In this document: piece after piece, positions 9,265 to 19,229 of the stretch | Layout: each line of letters begins with the position of its first letter | Numbering within the stretch: position 1 is the stretch's first letter | Sequence record: SRR2962707_3772 | Reading direction: 5' to 3' (one strand) | DNA length: 64,000 nt | Translations under genes and position numbers: made by a program | The notes under the pieces: model-generated | The model's database searches: none | What the model was told of the DNA's origin: nothing | Seen by the model: only the letters and a program-made list of their open reading frames with translations

Positions 9265-10631
9265 GCCAAACGTATTCTTTAGTTAATCCGTATAACAATG
9301 AACTATTGGGTGAGTATGAATACTCATCTTGGGCGCAAATCGAAGAAAAGCTGGCGCTATTAAAACAAGGTCAGAAAACGCAGCGTAAGACGGCGGCTTT
9401 TGAGCGTGCCAATATATTAATGACGTTGGCGTCTTTATTAAAAGACAATGCTGAAAAGATGGCCAAGCTCATCACGTTAGAAACCGGAAAAACGATTTCA
9501 GATTCTCGTGTGGAAATGGTCCGTGCGGTGAATGCTACCATCGCCAGTGCAGAAGAAGCGCGCCAAATCAGCGGTGAAGCCTTAGATTCTGATGCCTATG
9601 CGGCGGCAGGCGGAAAAATTGGTGTGGTGTGTTGGCGTCCGCTTGGCACTATATTTTGCATCACGCCGTTTAACTTTCCAATCAACATAGCGATGCACAA
9701 AATTGGCCCTGCGTATGCGGCAGGCAACTCGATCCTATTCAAACCAGGCCCACAAAATACCGCGTCTTCTCAGTTGTTAGTCGACTTATGTTATGAAGCA
9801 GGCATTCCACAAAATGTGCTGCAGTTCTGTATGCCGCCATTGTCTGACTTAGACCGTTTGAATGCACACCCTGCGATTAACGCGATTAACTTTACCGGTG
9901 GTACGGCGGCGGCGAATGCTATTTCAGCGGCGGCGGGTTATAAAAAGCTGTTGCTTGAACTGGGTGGTAATGACCCTCTTATTATTATGGAGGATGCGGA
10001 TCTAGAAGCCGCGGCCAAATCGGCAATCAACCATCGTTTTGCGACGGCAGGACAACGCTGTACGGCGGCGAAGCGTCTTTTCATTCACGCTGCTGTGTAC
10101 GACAAATTTAGAGATATTTTGGTTGAAAAGAGCGCGGCCTTGGTCATTGGCGATCCTATGAAAGACGATACCTTTGTGGGTCCTGTGATTCATCAGGCGG
10201 CCGCAGACGAAATTCGTAAGCGCATTGAAGGCGCGATTAATGATGGGGCGACCGTGGCACTTGGCAACCAGTACGATGGGGCGTTTGTTTACCCTACGAT
10301 TCTTGAAAATGTCAGTGCGGACAGTGAAGTGATGATCGAAGAAACCTTTGGCCCTGTGATGCCATTGTACAAATTTGATGATGTGGAAGAGATTATTCCG
10401 ATTATCAATAACACCGCTTATGGCTTGCAGGCAGGTATTTTCAGTAACAACTTATCCGTAATTCGTTATCTGTTTGAAGAGCTGGATGTGGGGACGTTAG
10501 CGACCAATGATGGCCCAGGTTTTCGCACCGAGCACTTTCCTTTTGGCGGCGTAAAAGAAAGTGGCGTAGGACGTGAAGGAATTAAATACGCGATTCGTGA
10601 AATGAGTCATACCAAAACATTGGTTATTTAA
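9261..10631 (+). CDS. safD: Aldehyde dehydrogenase, probable sulfoacetaldehyde dehydrogenase (SafD-like)
   Basis: ITPFNFP, LELGGND, AGQRCTA, EETFGP and FGGVKESG motifs; lies between a SafE-like exporter and tpa. Confidence 0.7.
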   Translation: MSQTYSLVNPYNNELLGEYEYSSWAQIEEKLALLKQGQKTQRKTAAFERANILMTLASLLKDNAEKMAKLITLETGKTISDSRVEMVRAVNATIASAEEARQISGEALDSDAYAAAGGKIGVVCWRPLGTIFCITPFNFPINIAMHKIGPAYAAGNSILFKPGPQNTASSQLLVDLCYEAGIPQNVLQFCMPPLSDLDRLNAHPAINAINFTGGTAAANAISAAAGYKKLLLELGGNDPLIIMEDADLEAAAKSAINHRFATAGQRCTAAKRLFIHAAVYDKFRDILVEKSAALVIGDPMKDDTFVGPVIHQAAADEIRKRIEGAINDGATVALGNQYDGAFVYPTILENVSADSEVMIEETFGPVMPLYKFDDVEEIIPIINNTAYGLQAGIFSNNLSVIRYLFEELDVGTLATNDGPGFRTEHFPFGGVKESGVGREGIKYAIREMSHTKTLVI

Positions 10632-10654
10632 CCTATTTCATTTAGTTGTGTGTG

Positions 10655-10680
10655 AAAAGCGGCCTAGAGTCGCTTTTTTT
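10655..10680 (+). terminator. Rho-independent terminator
   Basis: AAAAGCGGC-ctaga-GTCGCTTTTTTT. Confidence 0.7.
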
Positions 10681-10747
10681 ATATTTCTATCTATCTGATT
10701 TTTATAGTTTTAATTTGATTTCTTGATGAGTTCTAGATGCTGTTGAT

Positions 10748-10780
10748 CTGGTCTTATCATTGCGTTGCTTCTGGTTCTAA
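10748..10780 (+). promoter_or_regulatory. Probable TauR-binding direct repeat
   Basis: CTGGTCTTAT-N13-CTGGTTCTAA upstream of tpa, resembling the CTGGACYTAA direct repeat bound by TauR. Confidence 0.65.
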
Positions 10781-10914
10781 CAGTTTCTCTAGGAGAAGCG
10801 TAATTTTACTCTATCGGAAATAAATAGGTGGCTTGGTTGATCTTTGTTTTCGAGAGAAGAAAACAAAAGAACCTCGTTAAGTTGGTAAATTCAGCAAGAA
10901 TTGGAGTGGTTACT

Positions 10915-12306
10915 ATGACGTACGATGTAAATGATTTTGACTCTTTGGATGTGGTAAACAACGATCGTGATCATGTTTGGCATCATCTTGCTCAGCATAA
11001 GCCATTTGAAAAAACAGGCCCAATGGTGATCGTAAAGGGTGAGGGCATGAGAGTGTGGGATTCAAAAGGAAATGAATACCTAGACGCGGTTTCTGGCGCG
11101 GTTTGGACGGTAAACGTAGGCTATGGCCGTACTGAGATTGCGGACGCAGTGCGCGACCAATTAGTTGAAATGAACTACTTTGCACAAACCGCGGGTAACG
11201 TTCCTGCGGCGAAGTTCTCCAAAAAGCTGATTGATAAAATGCCAGGTATGAACCGTGTGTATTTTTCTAACTCGGGTTCAGAAGCCAATGAAAAAGCCTT
11301 TAAAATCGTGCGTCAAATTGCTCATAAGAAATACGGCGGCAAAAAAACCAAGATTCTATATCGTGACCGCGATTACCACGGTACAACCATTGCGACATTA
11401 AGTGCATCAGGCCAATACGAGCGCCGTAATCAATACGGTCCATTTGTACCTGATTTCGTCGAAGTACCTCATTGCTGCGAATATCGAGCGCAAGAAGACG
11501 CCGATAAAAGCGCTTACGGTGTTTGGGCCGCGAACCAAATCGAGAAAGTGATCTTGGCGGAAGGCGCAGACACCATTGGCGCCTTGTGTCTTGAACCCAT
11601 CACCGCAGGGGGTGGTGTGATTGAGGCGCCTGCGGGTTATTGGCCTCGTGTCCAAGAGATTTGCAAACAGTACGATATTTTGCTGCATATTGATGAAGTT
11701 GTGTGTGGTTTGGGTCGTACAGGGACTTGGTTTGGTTATCAGCATTATGGTGTGAAGCCTGATATTGTGACCATGGCCAAAGGTGTCGCATCGGGTTACG
11801 CTGCTATCTCTTGTACGGTAACCACCGAAGCGGTGTTTGAGATGTTTAAGGAAGACGAAGACCCACGCATGGGTTACTTCCGTGATATTTCGACCTTTGG
11901 TGGCTGTACAGCAGGCCCAGCGGCGGCGCTGGTTAACATGGAAATCATTGAAAACGAGAAACTATTGGAAAACGCCACACACCAAGGTGAATACTTGCGT
12001 GGTCGTTTAAGCGATTTGATGTCAAAACACCCACTCATTGGAGAAGTGCGCGGCAAAGGGTTATTAGTGGGCATCGAATTGGTGAAAGACCGTGCGACGA
12101 AAGAACCCGTAGAAGAAGAAACCGTCATGGCCATTGCGGGTCATTGTATGGCTAATGGTGTCATTATTGGGCGTACTAATCGTTCTTTTAAAGCGTTTAA
12201 TAATACCATTTGTTTGGCGCCTGCTTTGATCTCGACTAAAGAAGACATGGACCAATTGGTTGCGGCATTAGATGACGCTATTGCAGACGTGACCAGCAAA
12301 ATGTAA
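10915..12306 (+). CDS. tpa: Taurine aminotransferase (class III PLP; Tpa-like)
   Basis: VWHHL.QHK, DAVSGAVWTVNVGYGR, YRDRDYHGTT, IDEVVCGLGRTG, TMAKG and YFRDISTFGGC motifs; GGAG RBS before ATG 10915. Confidence 0.85.
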   Translation: MTYDVNDFDSLDVVNNDRDHVWHHLAQHKPFEKTGPMVIVKGEGMRVWDSKGNEYLDAVSGAVWTVNVGYGRTEIADAVRDQLVEMNYFAQTAGNVPAAKFSKKLIDKMPGMNRVYFSNSGSEANEKAFKIVRQIAHKKYGGKKTKILYRDRDYHGTTIATLSASGQYERRNQYGPFVPDFVEVPHCCEYRAQEDADKSAYGVWAANQIEKVILAEGADTIGALCLEPITAGGGVIEAPAGYWPRVQEICKQYDILLHIDEVVCGLGRTGTWFGYQHYGVKPDIVTMAKGVASGYAAISCTVTTEAVFEMFKEDEDPRMGYFRDISTFGGCTAGPAAALVNMEIIENEKLLENATHQGEYLRGRLSDLMSKHPLIGEVRGKGLLVGIELVKDRATKEPVEEETVMAIAGHCMANGVIIGRTNRSFKAFNNTICLAPALISTKEDMDQLVAALDDAIADVTSKM

Positions 12307-12381
12307 TGCTTTGTGTTGAATGTGAGAATAAGCCCTAAAAGAGGCGCGGTGTTATGTCGCATTTCGAGGCTTTGTCTTAGT

Positions 12382-12414
12382 GTCAAAGCTCAGCATGGCG
12401 TGCTGAGCTTTGAC
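12382..12414 (+). terminator. Stem-loop between tpa and tauR
   Basis: GTCAAAGCTCAGCA-tggcg-TGCTGAGCTTTGAC. Confidence 0.6.
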
Positions 12415-12527
12415 CTTCTAAGTTTTATCGCGCCAGTGTTCACGTCTACAGTGGGTATTTGTGTGTCGAGACGACGCTTTTCTCGTTAGAAAATGTCCAG
12501 TCACGCTTCATTTTAAGGTGTTTTTCT

Positions 12528-13994
12528 ATGATGCAACTTTTCCACCTTTCTCAAAGCAAAGACAGCAGTTTACAAAAGCAATTACGCGAACAAATTGCGC
12601 TCGCCATTATGAAAGGCAGTATCCCATTGGACATTCCACTGCCATCCAGCCGCAAGCTCGCTGAACAATTGAACATTGGACGCAATACAGTGGTGTTGGC
12701 CTATGAGCATTTATTGGACGATGGCTATATTGTCGCCCGAGAAAGGCGTGGCTATTTTGTTAACCCTGATATTTTAGGCGGCCAAGTGAGCGCGTCGCTA
12801 AGACCCACCGAGGAAGAATATAAACGCCCAGACTGGGAGCGCCGCTTTAAAGTTCAGCCTACTGGCCAGACGAATATTGTCAAAGTGGCCGATTGGCAAT
12901 CTTATGAATACCCATTTATTTATGGGCAATTTGACGAAAAGATCTTCCCGAGTGTTAACTGGCGAGAATGCTGCCGAGATGCCGCCAGCGACACGGCATT
13001 AAACGATTGGGCCTCTGATAATTTAGACAATGATGACCCACGTCTGATTGAACAAATCCGCACGCGTTTATTACCAAGAAGAGGCGTATGGGCATCCCCA
13101 GAGCAAATACTCATTACGGTCGGTTCACAGCAGTCTCTGTTTATGTTGGTGCAACTGTTATTGGACCAACATTCTGTATTGGGCCTTGAAGAGCCGGGTT
13201 ATGTAGATGTGCGCAATATTGCCAGTTTGCATAAATGTCAGATTAAGTCGCTGGCGATCGACGCTGAAGGTCTGATCGTAGACGATCAGCTTAAAGGTTG
13301 TGATCTCATTTACACCACGCCCAGCCATCAATGTCCTACGGCCGTCACCATGCCCATTGAACGACGTTATGAATTGTTGAATCGCGCAAACAGCGAGGAT
13401 TTTTTAATCATTGAAGACGATTATGAAAGTGAAACCAACTTCAATGGCAAACCCAGCCCTGCGTTAAAGAGTTTAGACACCAGTGATCGAGTGATTTACA
13501 TTGGCAGTTTGTCGAAAACCTTAGCGCCGGGTTTACGACTGGGGTATGTGGTGGCGTCAGAGCGCTTGATCCAAGAAGCCAGAGCGTTACGGCGCTTGAT
13601 GATCCGCCACCCAGCAAGTAATAATCAGCGCGCGACCGCGTTCTTTTTAGAACGGGGTTATTATGATGCGCTGATGATGAACATCTCTCGAAATTACCAA
13701 GCCCGCTGGAATGCCATGAATCGCGCGCTAAACAAATACCTACCAGGAAGTTACGAAGTGCCCACCTTTGGCGGTTCTTGTTACTGGGTAAAGGGTCCTA
13801 AAGAGCTTGATGCGCTGGTACTGCAAAAATTGGCCCAGAAAGAGAGTATTCTAATTGAGCCTGGCAATGTGCATTTCTCTCAAGAGAATAGTCCCAAGCA
13901 TTATTTCCGCTTAGGTTTTTCCTCTATTTCCACTGATCGTATTGAGCCAGGAATTCAGAAACTCGCTGCGATTATTCAAAAGGCCTGCCGCTAA
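12528..13994 (+). CDS. tauR: MocR/GabR-type GntR regulator, TauR-like
   Basis: wHTH LPSSRKLAEQLNIGRNTV, plus PLP domain with TPSHQCPT, IIEDDYE and SLSKTLAPGLRLG; adjacent to tpa. Confidence 0.8.
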   Translation: MMQLFHLSQSKDSSLQKQLREQIALAIMKGSIPLDIPLPSSRKLAEQLNIGRNTVVLAYEHLLDDGYIVARERRGYFVNPDILGGQVSASLRPTEEEYKRPDWERRFKVQPTGQTNIVKVADWQSYEYPFIYGQFDEKIFPSVNWRECCRDAASDTALNDWASDNLDNDDPRLIEQIRTRLLPRRGVWASPEQILITVGSQQSLFMLVQLLLDQHSVLGLEEPGYVDVRNIASLHKCQIKSLAIDAEGLIVDDQLKGCDLIYTTPSHQCPTAVTMPIERRYELLNRANSEDFLIIEDDYESETNFNGKPSPALKSLDTSDRVIYIGSLSKTLAPGLRLGYVVASERLIQEARALRRLMIRHPASNNQRATAFFLERGYYDALMMNISRNYQARWNAMNRALNKYLPGSYEVPTFGGSCYWVKGPKELDALVLQKLAQKESILIEPGNVHFSQENSPKHYFRLGFSSISTDRIEPGIQKLAAIIQKACR

Positions 13995-14022
13995 AGGATA
14001 GGCCTTGTTGAGTGCATGATAG

Positions 14023-14826
14023 TTAGTTAGCAAACATCCTTTTGATTTTCAAAATCAGGCGCAGGAAAGACAAGGGTACTGGTGGCATCCACTTTTTAAT
14101 GCCGTTTTTGTAAGAGTCTCGTTTTTCAAATGCTTTTGCCCAGCGTTTGACGTGACTGTATTGATCCACAGGAAAGCCCAAACCGCTTAATAGTACGTAT
14201 TGGGGAATCCAAGCAATATCGGCAAGAGAGAGTTGTTCTCCAACAATCCAAGCATGTTGTGCCAGTTTGCTATCAATTTCTGAAAACACCTCGTGTATTT
14301 GTTCCGCGGCTTCTTTTACTCGTCCTTCAGGAAACCCTTTTAAAGACTGTTCGTGGAACGCTAATAGCGTTTTATCTGGTTGAATTTGACGATAGCGCTC
14401 CATATCACTTTCTGCTTTTGTTCCGCCTCCTAGGGTGCCGTAAACAAAAGTTTTAATGGTATTAACGTGTATTTCAGAGGCGAAATTCACCCAGTACTTT
14501 ACGTCTGCTGCGAGTGCTTGGCTGTCAGTTGGAATGAGCGCTGGTTCAGGAAACTTCTCTTCTAGATACAATAAAATATCGTTGGATTCTGTGACTATCT
14601 CACCATTATAAACAATCGCAGGTACTAAGCCTTTTGGGTTGATTTTCAAGTACCAGTCTTCTAGATTTTCTTTTTTGCTTAGGTTGACCTTATGACTCTT
14701 CCAAGGGATGTTTTTTTCTTCGGCCATGATTCTTACGCGCATTGAGCAATTGGAGATACCAGCATGATAAATGTGCAGGCCTGTCATGGATTTTATCTCT
14801 TGGTCATCAGTCTGGATAATCGGCAT
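14023..14826 (-). CDS. Glutathione S-transferase family protein
   Basis: SNCSMRVR, INPKGLVP, TESNDILLYLEE and SLADIAW motifs; AGGAG RBS before ATG 14826. Confidence 0.85.
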   Translation of the reverse strand: MPIIQTDDQEIKSMTGLHIYHAGISNCSMRVRIMAEEKNIPWKSHKVNLSKKENLEDWYLKINPKGLVPAIVYNGEIVTESNDILLYLEEKFPEPALIPTDSQALAADVKYWVNFASEIHVNTIKTFVYGTLGGGTKAESDMERYRQIQPDKTLLAFHEQSLKGFPEGRVKEAAEQIHEVFSEIDSKLAQHAWIVGEQLSLADIAWIPQYVLLSGLGFPVDQYSHVKRWAKAFEKRDSYKNGIKKWMPPVPLSFLRLILKIKRMFAN

Positions 14827-15203
14827 TCTTGTTGCTCCTAATGAAAAGGGTGGGCTTCTGTCGTCGATCAAGGGACAGATATTTAGTTGATAAAGACAAC
14901 CATATGTTAATTTGATTGATCTTGTCAACTTGTTTTCTGCGAATGCTGTTATGACTGAGTTTCTTGGGCAAGAGCCACTTTTCGCCTGACAGGAAGGCTT
15001 AATAATAGATAACACAACAATAGGCCGCTTCCCAGCATCACCACAAGCGTCTGCAGAAACTGGCTATTTTGTCTGTAAAGATAGCGACTATTCTGGGTGG
15101 AAGGAGCAAGTCTGGGTGGAAGGTGCAGTCTATGATAAAGCCGCGAATAACGTCGCAATGGGTGTTAATTTACGTTACTAATCTGGTTGTGTAAGTTGAT
15201 AAG

Positions 15204-15243
15204 AAACCGCTTAAGCTTTCTTTCCCTTTAGCTTAAGCGGTTT
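15204..15243 (-). terminator. Stem-loop after the LysR gene
   Basis: AAACCGCTTAAGCT...AGCTTAAGCGGTTT. Confidence 0.55.
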
Positions 15244-15321
15244 TGCGGTAGGCTCAGATGTTTCTAGAGACTACTTTTAAAACCTTGCATTTAGCCTCTT
15301 AGGTTTTCTATTTTGATCGCA

Positions 15322-16239
15322 CTATTTATTCTGTAATGCTGCCATCAGGGCGCTAAAGAAAACCTCTTCCGCCTCGCTGAATTTCGGCATTTTGTTCCAC
15401 ATTAAATACAAGCTGATGCGAGCCAAACCATCGTAGGGAGGAAGCTGCCAAAGGTTTCCAGAAAGTACATCTTGCTGCACGACATTTTCTGGTAAGGCAC
15501 CAATACCAAGGCCTGCTTTAATCATTCTTCTTACTTCTTCTAAGTTATCACTGGTGCCAACAATGCGACCTTCGAGCCTTTCTTGTGCTCTGTAAATGGC
15601 CAGTGGGGCCAATACACCATCGAGTTGCTCGCTAGCGAATGACACAAAGAATTCGTCTCTTAAGGCTCTGATACTGATGTTTTCTTGTTGGTATAAATGA
15701 TGATCTTTTCCGCAATATAGATTGTATTTTTGACTTAACAAAAGCGTGTCAGACAATTCGGCGTGTTTTCTGTATTTGAGGCAAATACCAATGCTGGCGG
15801 TGTAATTAAGCAAGTTTTGTTTCACATACTCACTGGAACCAGACAAAATTTCGAAAGTGACCCTTGGGTTATTTTTGTGAAATTCTCCCAAGACATGGTC
15901 AAAAACATCGCTGTTTATTCCAGTGACTAAGGCGATTCTGACAATGCCGCTTAAGTCATGGGGCGTTGCGCGTACTGCGGTGGTCAGGCGGGCGATACTG
16001 CCGTAAATCACAATGGCTTCACGATAAACGAGTTCGCCTGCTTTGCTTAATTCGAAGGTGGTTCCGTTGCGAATAATTAAACGCTCGTCCAATCTCTCTT
16101 CAAGGCGTTTAAGGGCTAAGCTGATGGCAGGTTGAGTGAGGTGCAAGCGATCTGCGGCGCGGCTTATACTGCCTTCTTGTACAATGGCAATAAAGGTTCT
16201 TAATAGATTCCAGTCGAGCCTGTCATGAATGCCAGACAT
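15322..16239 (-). CDS. LysR-family transcriptional regulator
   Basis: DWNLLRTF...SISRAADRLHLTQPAISLALKRLEE helix-turn-helix. Confidence 0.9.
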   Translation of the reverse strand: MSGIHDRLDWNLLRTFIAIVQEGSISRAADRLHLTQPAISLALKRLEERLDERLIIRNGTTFELSKAGELVYREAIVIYGSIARLTTAVRATPHDLSGIVRIALVTGINSDVFDHVLGEFHKNNPRVTFEILSGSSEYVKQNLLNYTASIGICLKYRKHAELSDTLLLSQKYNLYCGKDHHLYQQENISIRALRDEFFVSFASEQLDGVLAPLAIYRAQERLEGRIVGTSDNLEEVRRMIKAGLGIGALPENVVQQDVLSGNLWQLPPYDGLARISLYLMWNKMPKFSEAEEVFFSALMAALQNK

Positions 16240-16462
16240 AGTTTATCCGCCTATGGAGCTGAAAAATTAACTGATCATAGTACAGTTAATTTCTTTTGAA
16301 AGGTATTTCATGCGATGAAAATTTTGTGCTGTTTAGTGGCGTAGGGCACTATAGTGAGCTTTCTTCATCTCCTTTTTACCTGCGCAGCACCTTCTTTAAG
16401 TACAGAAAGTGCTGCGACAATGGCCAGTAATGCTCTATTTTGGGTGTTGCTTCAAACCAAAC

Positions 16463-17959
16463 TTATTCGTTTAGATCAATCCAAGTTGATTTTAGATCCG
16501 TGTATTTTTCCAGAGCATGGATGGACTTATCGCGACCAAAACCGGATTGTTTTCTACCCCCAAAAGGAACTGTGATAGCCCCATCAGCATAGCTGTTCAC
16601 CCAGATCATTCCTGCTTGAAGCTTTCGAGAAACACGATGGGCTCGGCCAAGGTTGTTGGTCCAAAGTCCTGCGCCTAAGCCATAGTCAGAATCATTGGCA
16701 AGGGCAATGACTTCCGCCTCTGTGGTAAATCGACATAATCCGAGTACCGGCCCAAACAGTTCTTCTTGCATAACCAAATTGCTATTATCGCTGCATTCAA
16801 GAATGGTGGGATTTAAGAACCAGCCTTCTTGAAGTTCTGAGCGCAGGGCAGGGGTAAGCTCTTTCGCACCGCCAGCAATGGCTTCTTCGACGCCTGCAAT
16901 AATACGTTCAAACTGCAATTGGTCGACGATTGCCCCTGCTAAATTGTCAGGGTTAAGGGGATTGCCAGGTTGATATTTCTTTGCTTCTGCGAGCAGTAAG
17001 GGCAAAAAGCGGTCATAAATAGAATCTTGCACATACAGGCGCGAAGCGGCAATGCAGACCTCACCTTGATTAATAAAGATGGCCGCTGCTGCGGTGGCGG
17101 CGGCGCGCTCTAGGTTCTCATAATCATCAAAGATAATTTGTGGCGATTTACCACCACACTCTAGCCAAACTCGTTTCAGGTTAGAGTGTGCCGAATACTC
17201 CATAAAGCGTTTACCAGTCAGCGTGGACCCGGTGAAGGTCAAACAGTCTACATCAGGGTGTAGGCCTAAGGTTTGTCCTGCTACCTTGCCTTGGCCTGGC
17301 ACGATTTGTAACACGCCATCAGGCAGGCCAGCTTCTGCTGCCAGCGCAGCAAGACGAATCGCGGATAAACTCGATTGTTCAGCAGGTTTGACGATCACAC
17401 TGTTGCCTGTGGCAAGAGCGGGGGCAATTTTCCAGCTGGTAATCATTAAGGGAAAGTTCCAAGGCACAACCGCCGCAATCACGCCTAACGGCTCTCGCGT
17501 TACCGTGGCCAAGACGTTTTCAGCGGTAGGCAGTACTTCATCATTAATGGTCTCGATGGCACCGGCGTAGAAGCGAAAGCAGCGAATTGCTTCGGGAACA
17601 TCAAAGGCGAGCGCGTCGGCTGCCGTTTTGCCCATGTCCAAGCTTTCCAGCAAGGCCAATTCTTCCGCATGCTCGGCCATCAGATCTGCAAGTTTTTCAA
17701 GTACAACACGACGTTGGCTTGGCGATATGCGCGCCCAATCACCTTGATTAAATGCCGCGCGGGCGCCTGAAACAGCACGGTTTACATCATTTTCACTGCA
17801 ATCGGCAATGTGCGTCAGTGTCTGTTTATTCGCTGGGTTGATGCATGGCAAAGTGCGTTGATCTTGCGCATCACAGTAGTGACCATTGATCCAAGCGCGC
17901 CCTTCAAAAGAGAGCGTGTCTTGCCGTTTTAGCCAATCTTGGTGAGTTAATTTGCTCAT
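16463..17959 (-). CDS. Aldehyde dehydrogenase, PuuC/KauB-like subfamily
   Basis: VVPWNFP, KPAEQS, FTGST, NLKRVWLECGGKSP, NQGEVCIA and PFGGRKQSGFGRDKS motifs. Confidence 0.85.
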   Translation of the reverse strand: MSKLTHQDWLKRQDTLSFEGRAWINGHYCDAQDQRTLPCINPANKQTLTHIADCSENDVNRAVSGARAAFNQGDWARISPSQRRVVLEKLADLMAEHAEELALLESLDMGKTAADALAFDVPEAIRCFRFYAGAIETINDEVLPTAENVLATVTREPLGVIAAVVPWNFPLMITSWKIAPALATGNSVIVKPAEQSSLSAIRLAALAAEAGLPDGVLQIVPGQGKVAGQTLGLHPDVDCLTFTGSTLTGKRFMEYSAHSNLKRVWLECGGKSPQIIFDDYENLERAAATAAAAIFINQGEVCIAASRLYVQDSIYDRFLPLLLAEAKKYQPGNPLNPDNLAGAIVDQLQFERIIAGVEEAIAGGAKELTPALRSELQEGWFLNPTILECSDNSNLVMQEELFGPVLGLCRFTTEAEVIALANDSDYGLGAGLWTNNLGRAHRVSRKLQAGMIWVNSYADGAITVPFGGRKQSGFGRDKSIHALEKYTDLKSTWIDLNE

Positions 17960-19197
17960 AGTGCGCCCCCAGCTTCCGCTAACATAGCGTTTAACAACAC
18001 ATGGGCGCCAGCTTCTAATTCATCGGGTCGTGCGTCTTCTATTTCGTTATGGCTAATCCCCCCAATACAAGGGACAAAAATCATGGCCGTTGGGATGGTG
18101 CGACTTAAATAAACCGCATCATGGCCCGCGCCACTGATCATTTCTATGTGCGGCAGCGCTAGAGAATTGACCGCGTCACGAACACGGTTAATACAGTCTT
18201 TATTAAAATGAGTGGGTGGCATCTTTTGAACCACTTTTAACGCGATCTCGATGCCTTCCTTTTTCTCTTCGAGCAATAAGGCTGCAAACTCGTCGTGCAT
18301 TTTATCGAGTTCTGCTTTGTCGCTGTGGCGTAGGTCTACGGTAAATTTCACGCGACCAGGCACCACATTACGCGAGTTAGGGTGCATGTCTAACTCACCC
18401 ACTGTCACGCGGCCATCTGGCTGACGAGAGTCAGCAATGGTGAGAATGCGATTAATAAGTTGTGAGGCGGTTTTTAATGCATCTCGGCGGTAAGACATCG
18501 GGCTTGGACCTGCATGACACTCTTGGCCTGTCACAACAACGTCATACCAATACAGGCCGAGGGCACCTGTCACCACGCCAACCGGTAGGTTTTCGGTGTC
18601 GAGTACAGGGCCTTGTTCAATGTGAGCTTCAAAATAGGCTTTTACATCGTAACCGCCAACCGCTTCACTGCCCGCGTAATTAATGCGTTTTAGCTCGTCG
18701 CGTACACTCATGCCGGCTTTGTCTTGAGCCGATAAGGCTTCTTCGAGTGTTAAGGTGTTGGAAAATACACCAGAACCCATCATCACAGGGACGAAACGTG
18801 ACCCTTCTTCGTTTGTCCAGATGGCGACATCAATAGGGTGATCTGTGGTGATTTTTTGCTCGTTAAGGGTTCGAATGACTTCTAATCCCGCTAAGACACC
18901 ATAGTTACCATCAAATCGCCCCCCAGTCGGTTGGGTGTCAATGTGGCTGCCACACATAACAGGGGCTAAGTCCGCTTGGCGACCTTCGCGACGGGCAAAA
19001 ATATTGCCAATTTGATCAATTCGAATGCTCATGCCTTCGTCACGGAACCAGCGGATTACTAAGTCGCGCCCAGCTTTGTCTTCGTCAGTTAGCGCCAGTC
19101 GACAGTTGCCACCTAGAGGTGTTGCGCCAATTTTTGCGAGATCCATTAAAGATTGCCATAGGCGAGAGCCATTCACTTTCATAGGAGATTGCGTCAT
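17956..19197 (-). CDS. Zn-dependent M20 amidohydrolase (N-carbamoylase / beta-ureidopropionase type)
   Basis: GSHIDTQPTGGRFDG, WTNEEG, EAHIEQGP, HAGP, SGAGHDA and SHNE motifs. Confidence 0.88.
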   Translation of the reverse strand: MTQSPMKVNGSRLWQSLMDLAKIGATPLGGNCRLALTDEDKAGRDLVIRWFRDEGMSIRIDQIGNIFARREGRQADLAPVMCGSHIDTQPTGGRFDGNYGVLAGLEVIRTLNEQKITTDHPIDVAIWTNEEGSRFVPVMMGSGVFSNTLTLEEALSAQDKAGMSVRDELKRINYAGSEAVGGYDVKAYFEAHIEQGPVLDTENLPVGVVTGALGLYWYDVVVTGQECHAGPSPMSYRRDALKTASQLINRILTIADSRQPDGRVTVGELDMHPNSRNVVPGRVKFTVDLRHSDKAELDKMHDEFAALLLEEKKEGIEIALKVVQKMPPTHFNKDCINRVRDAVNSLALPHIEMISGAGHDAVYLSRTIPTAMIFVPCIGGISHNEIEDARPDELEAGAHVLLNAMLAEAGGAL

Positions 19198-19229
19198 CGT
19201 TGTTCTCTCTTTCAATCGTTAAATTAGGG

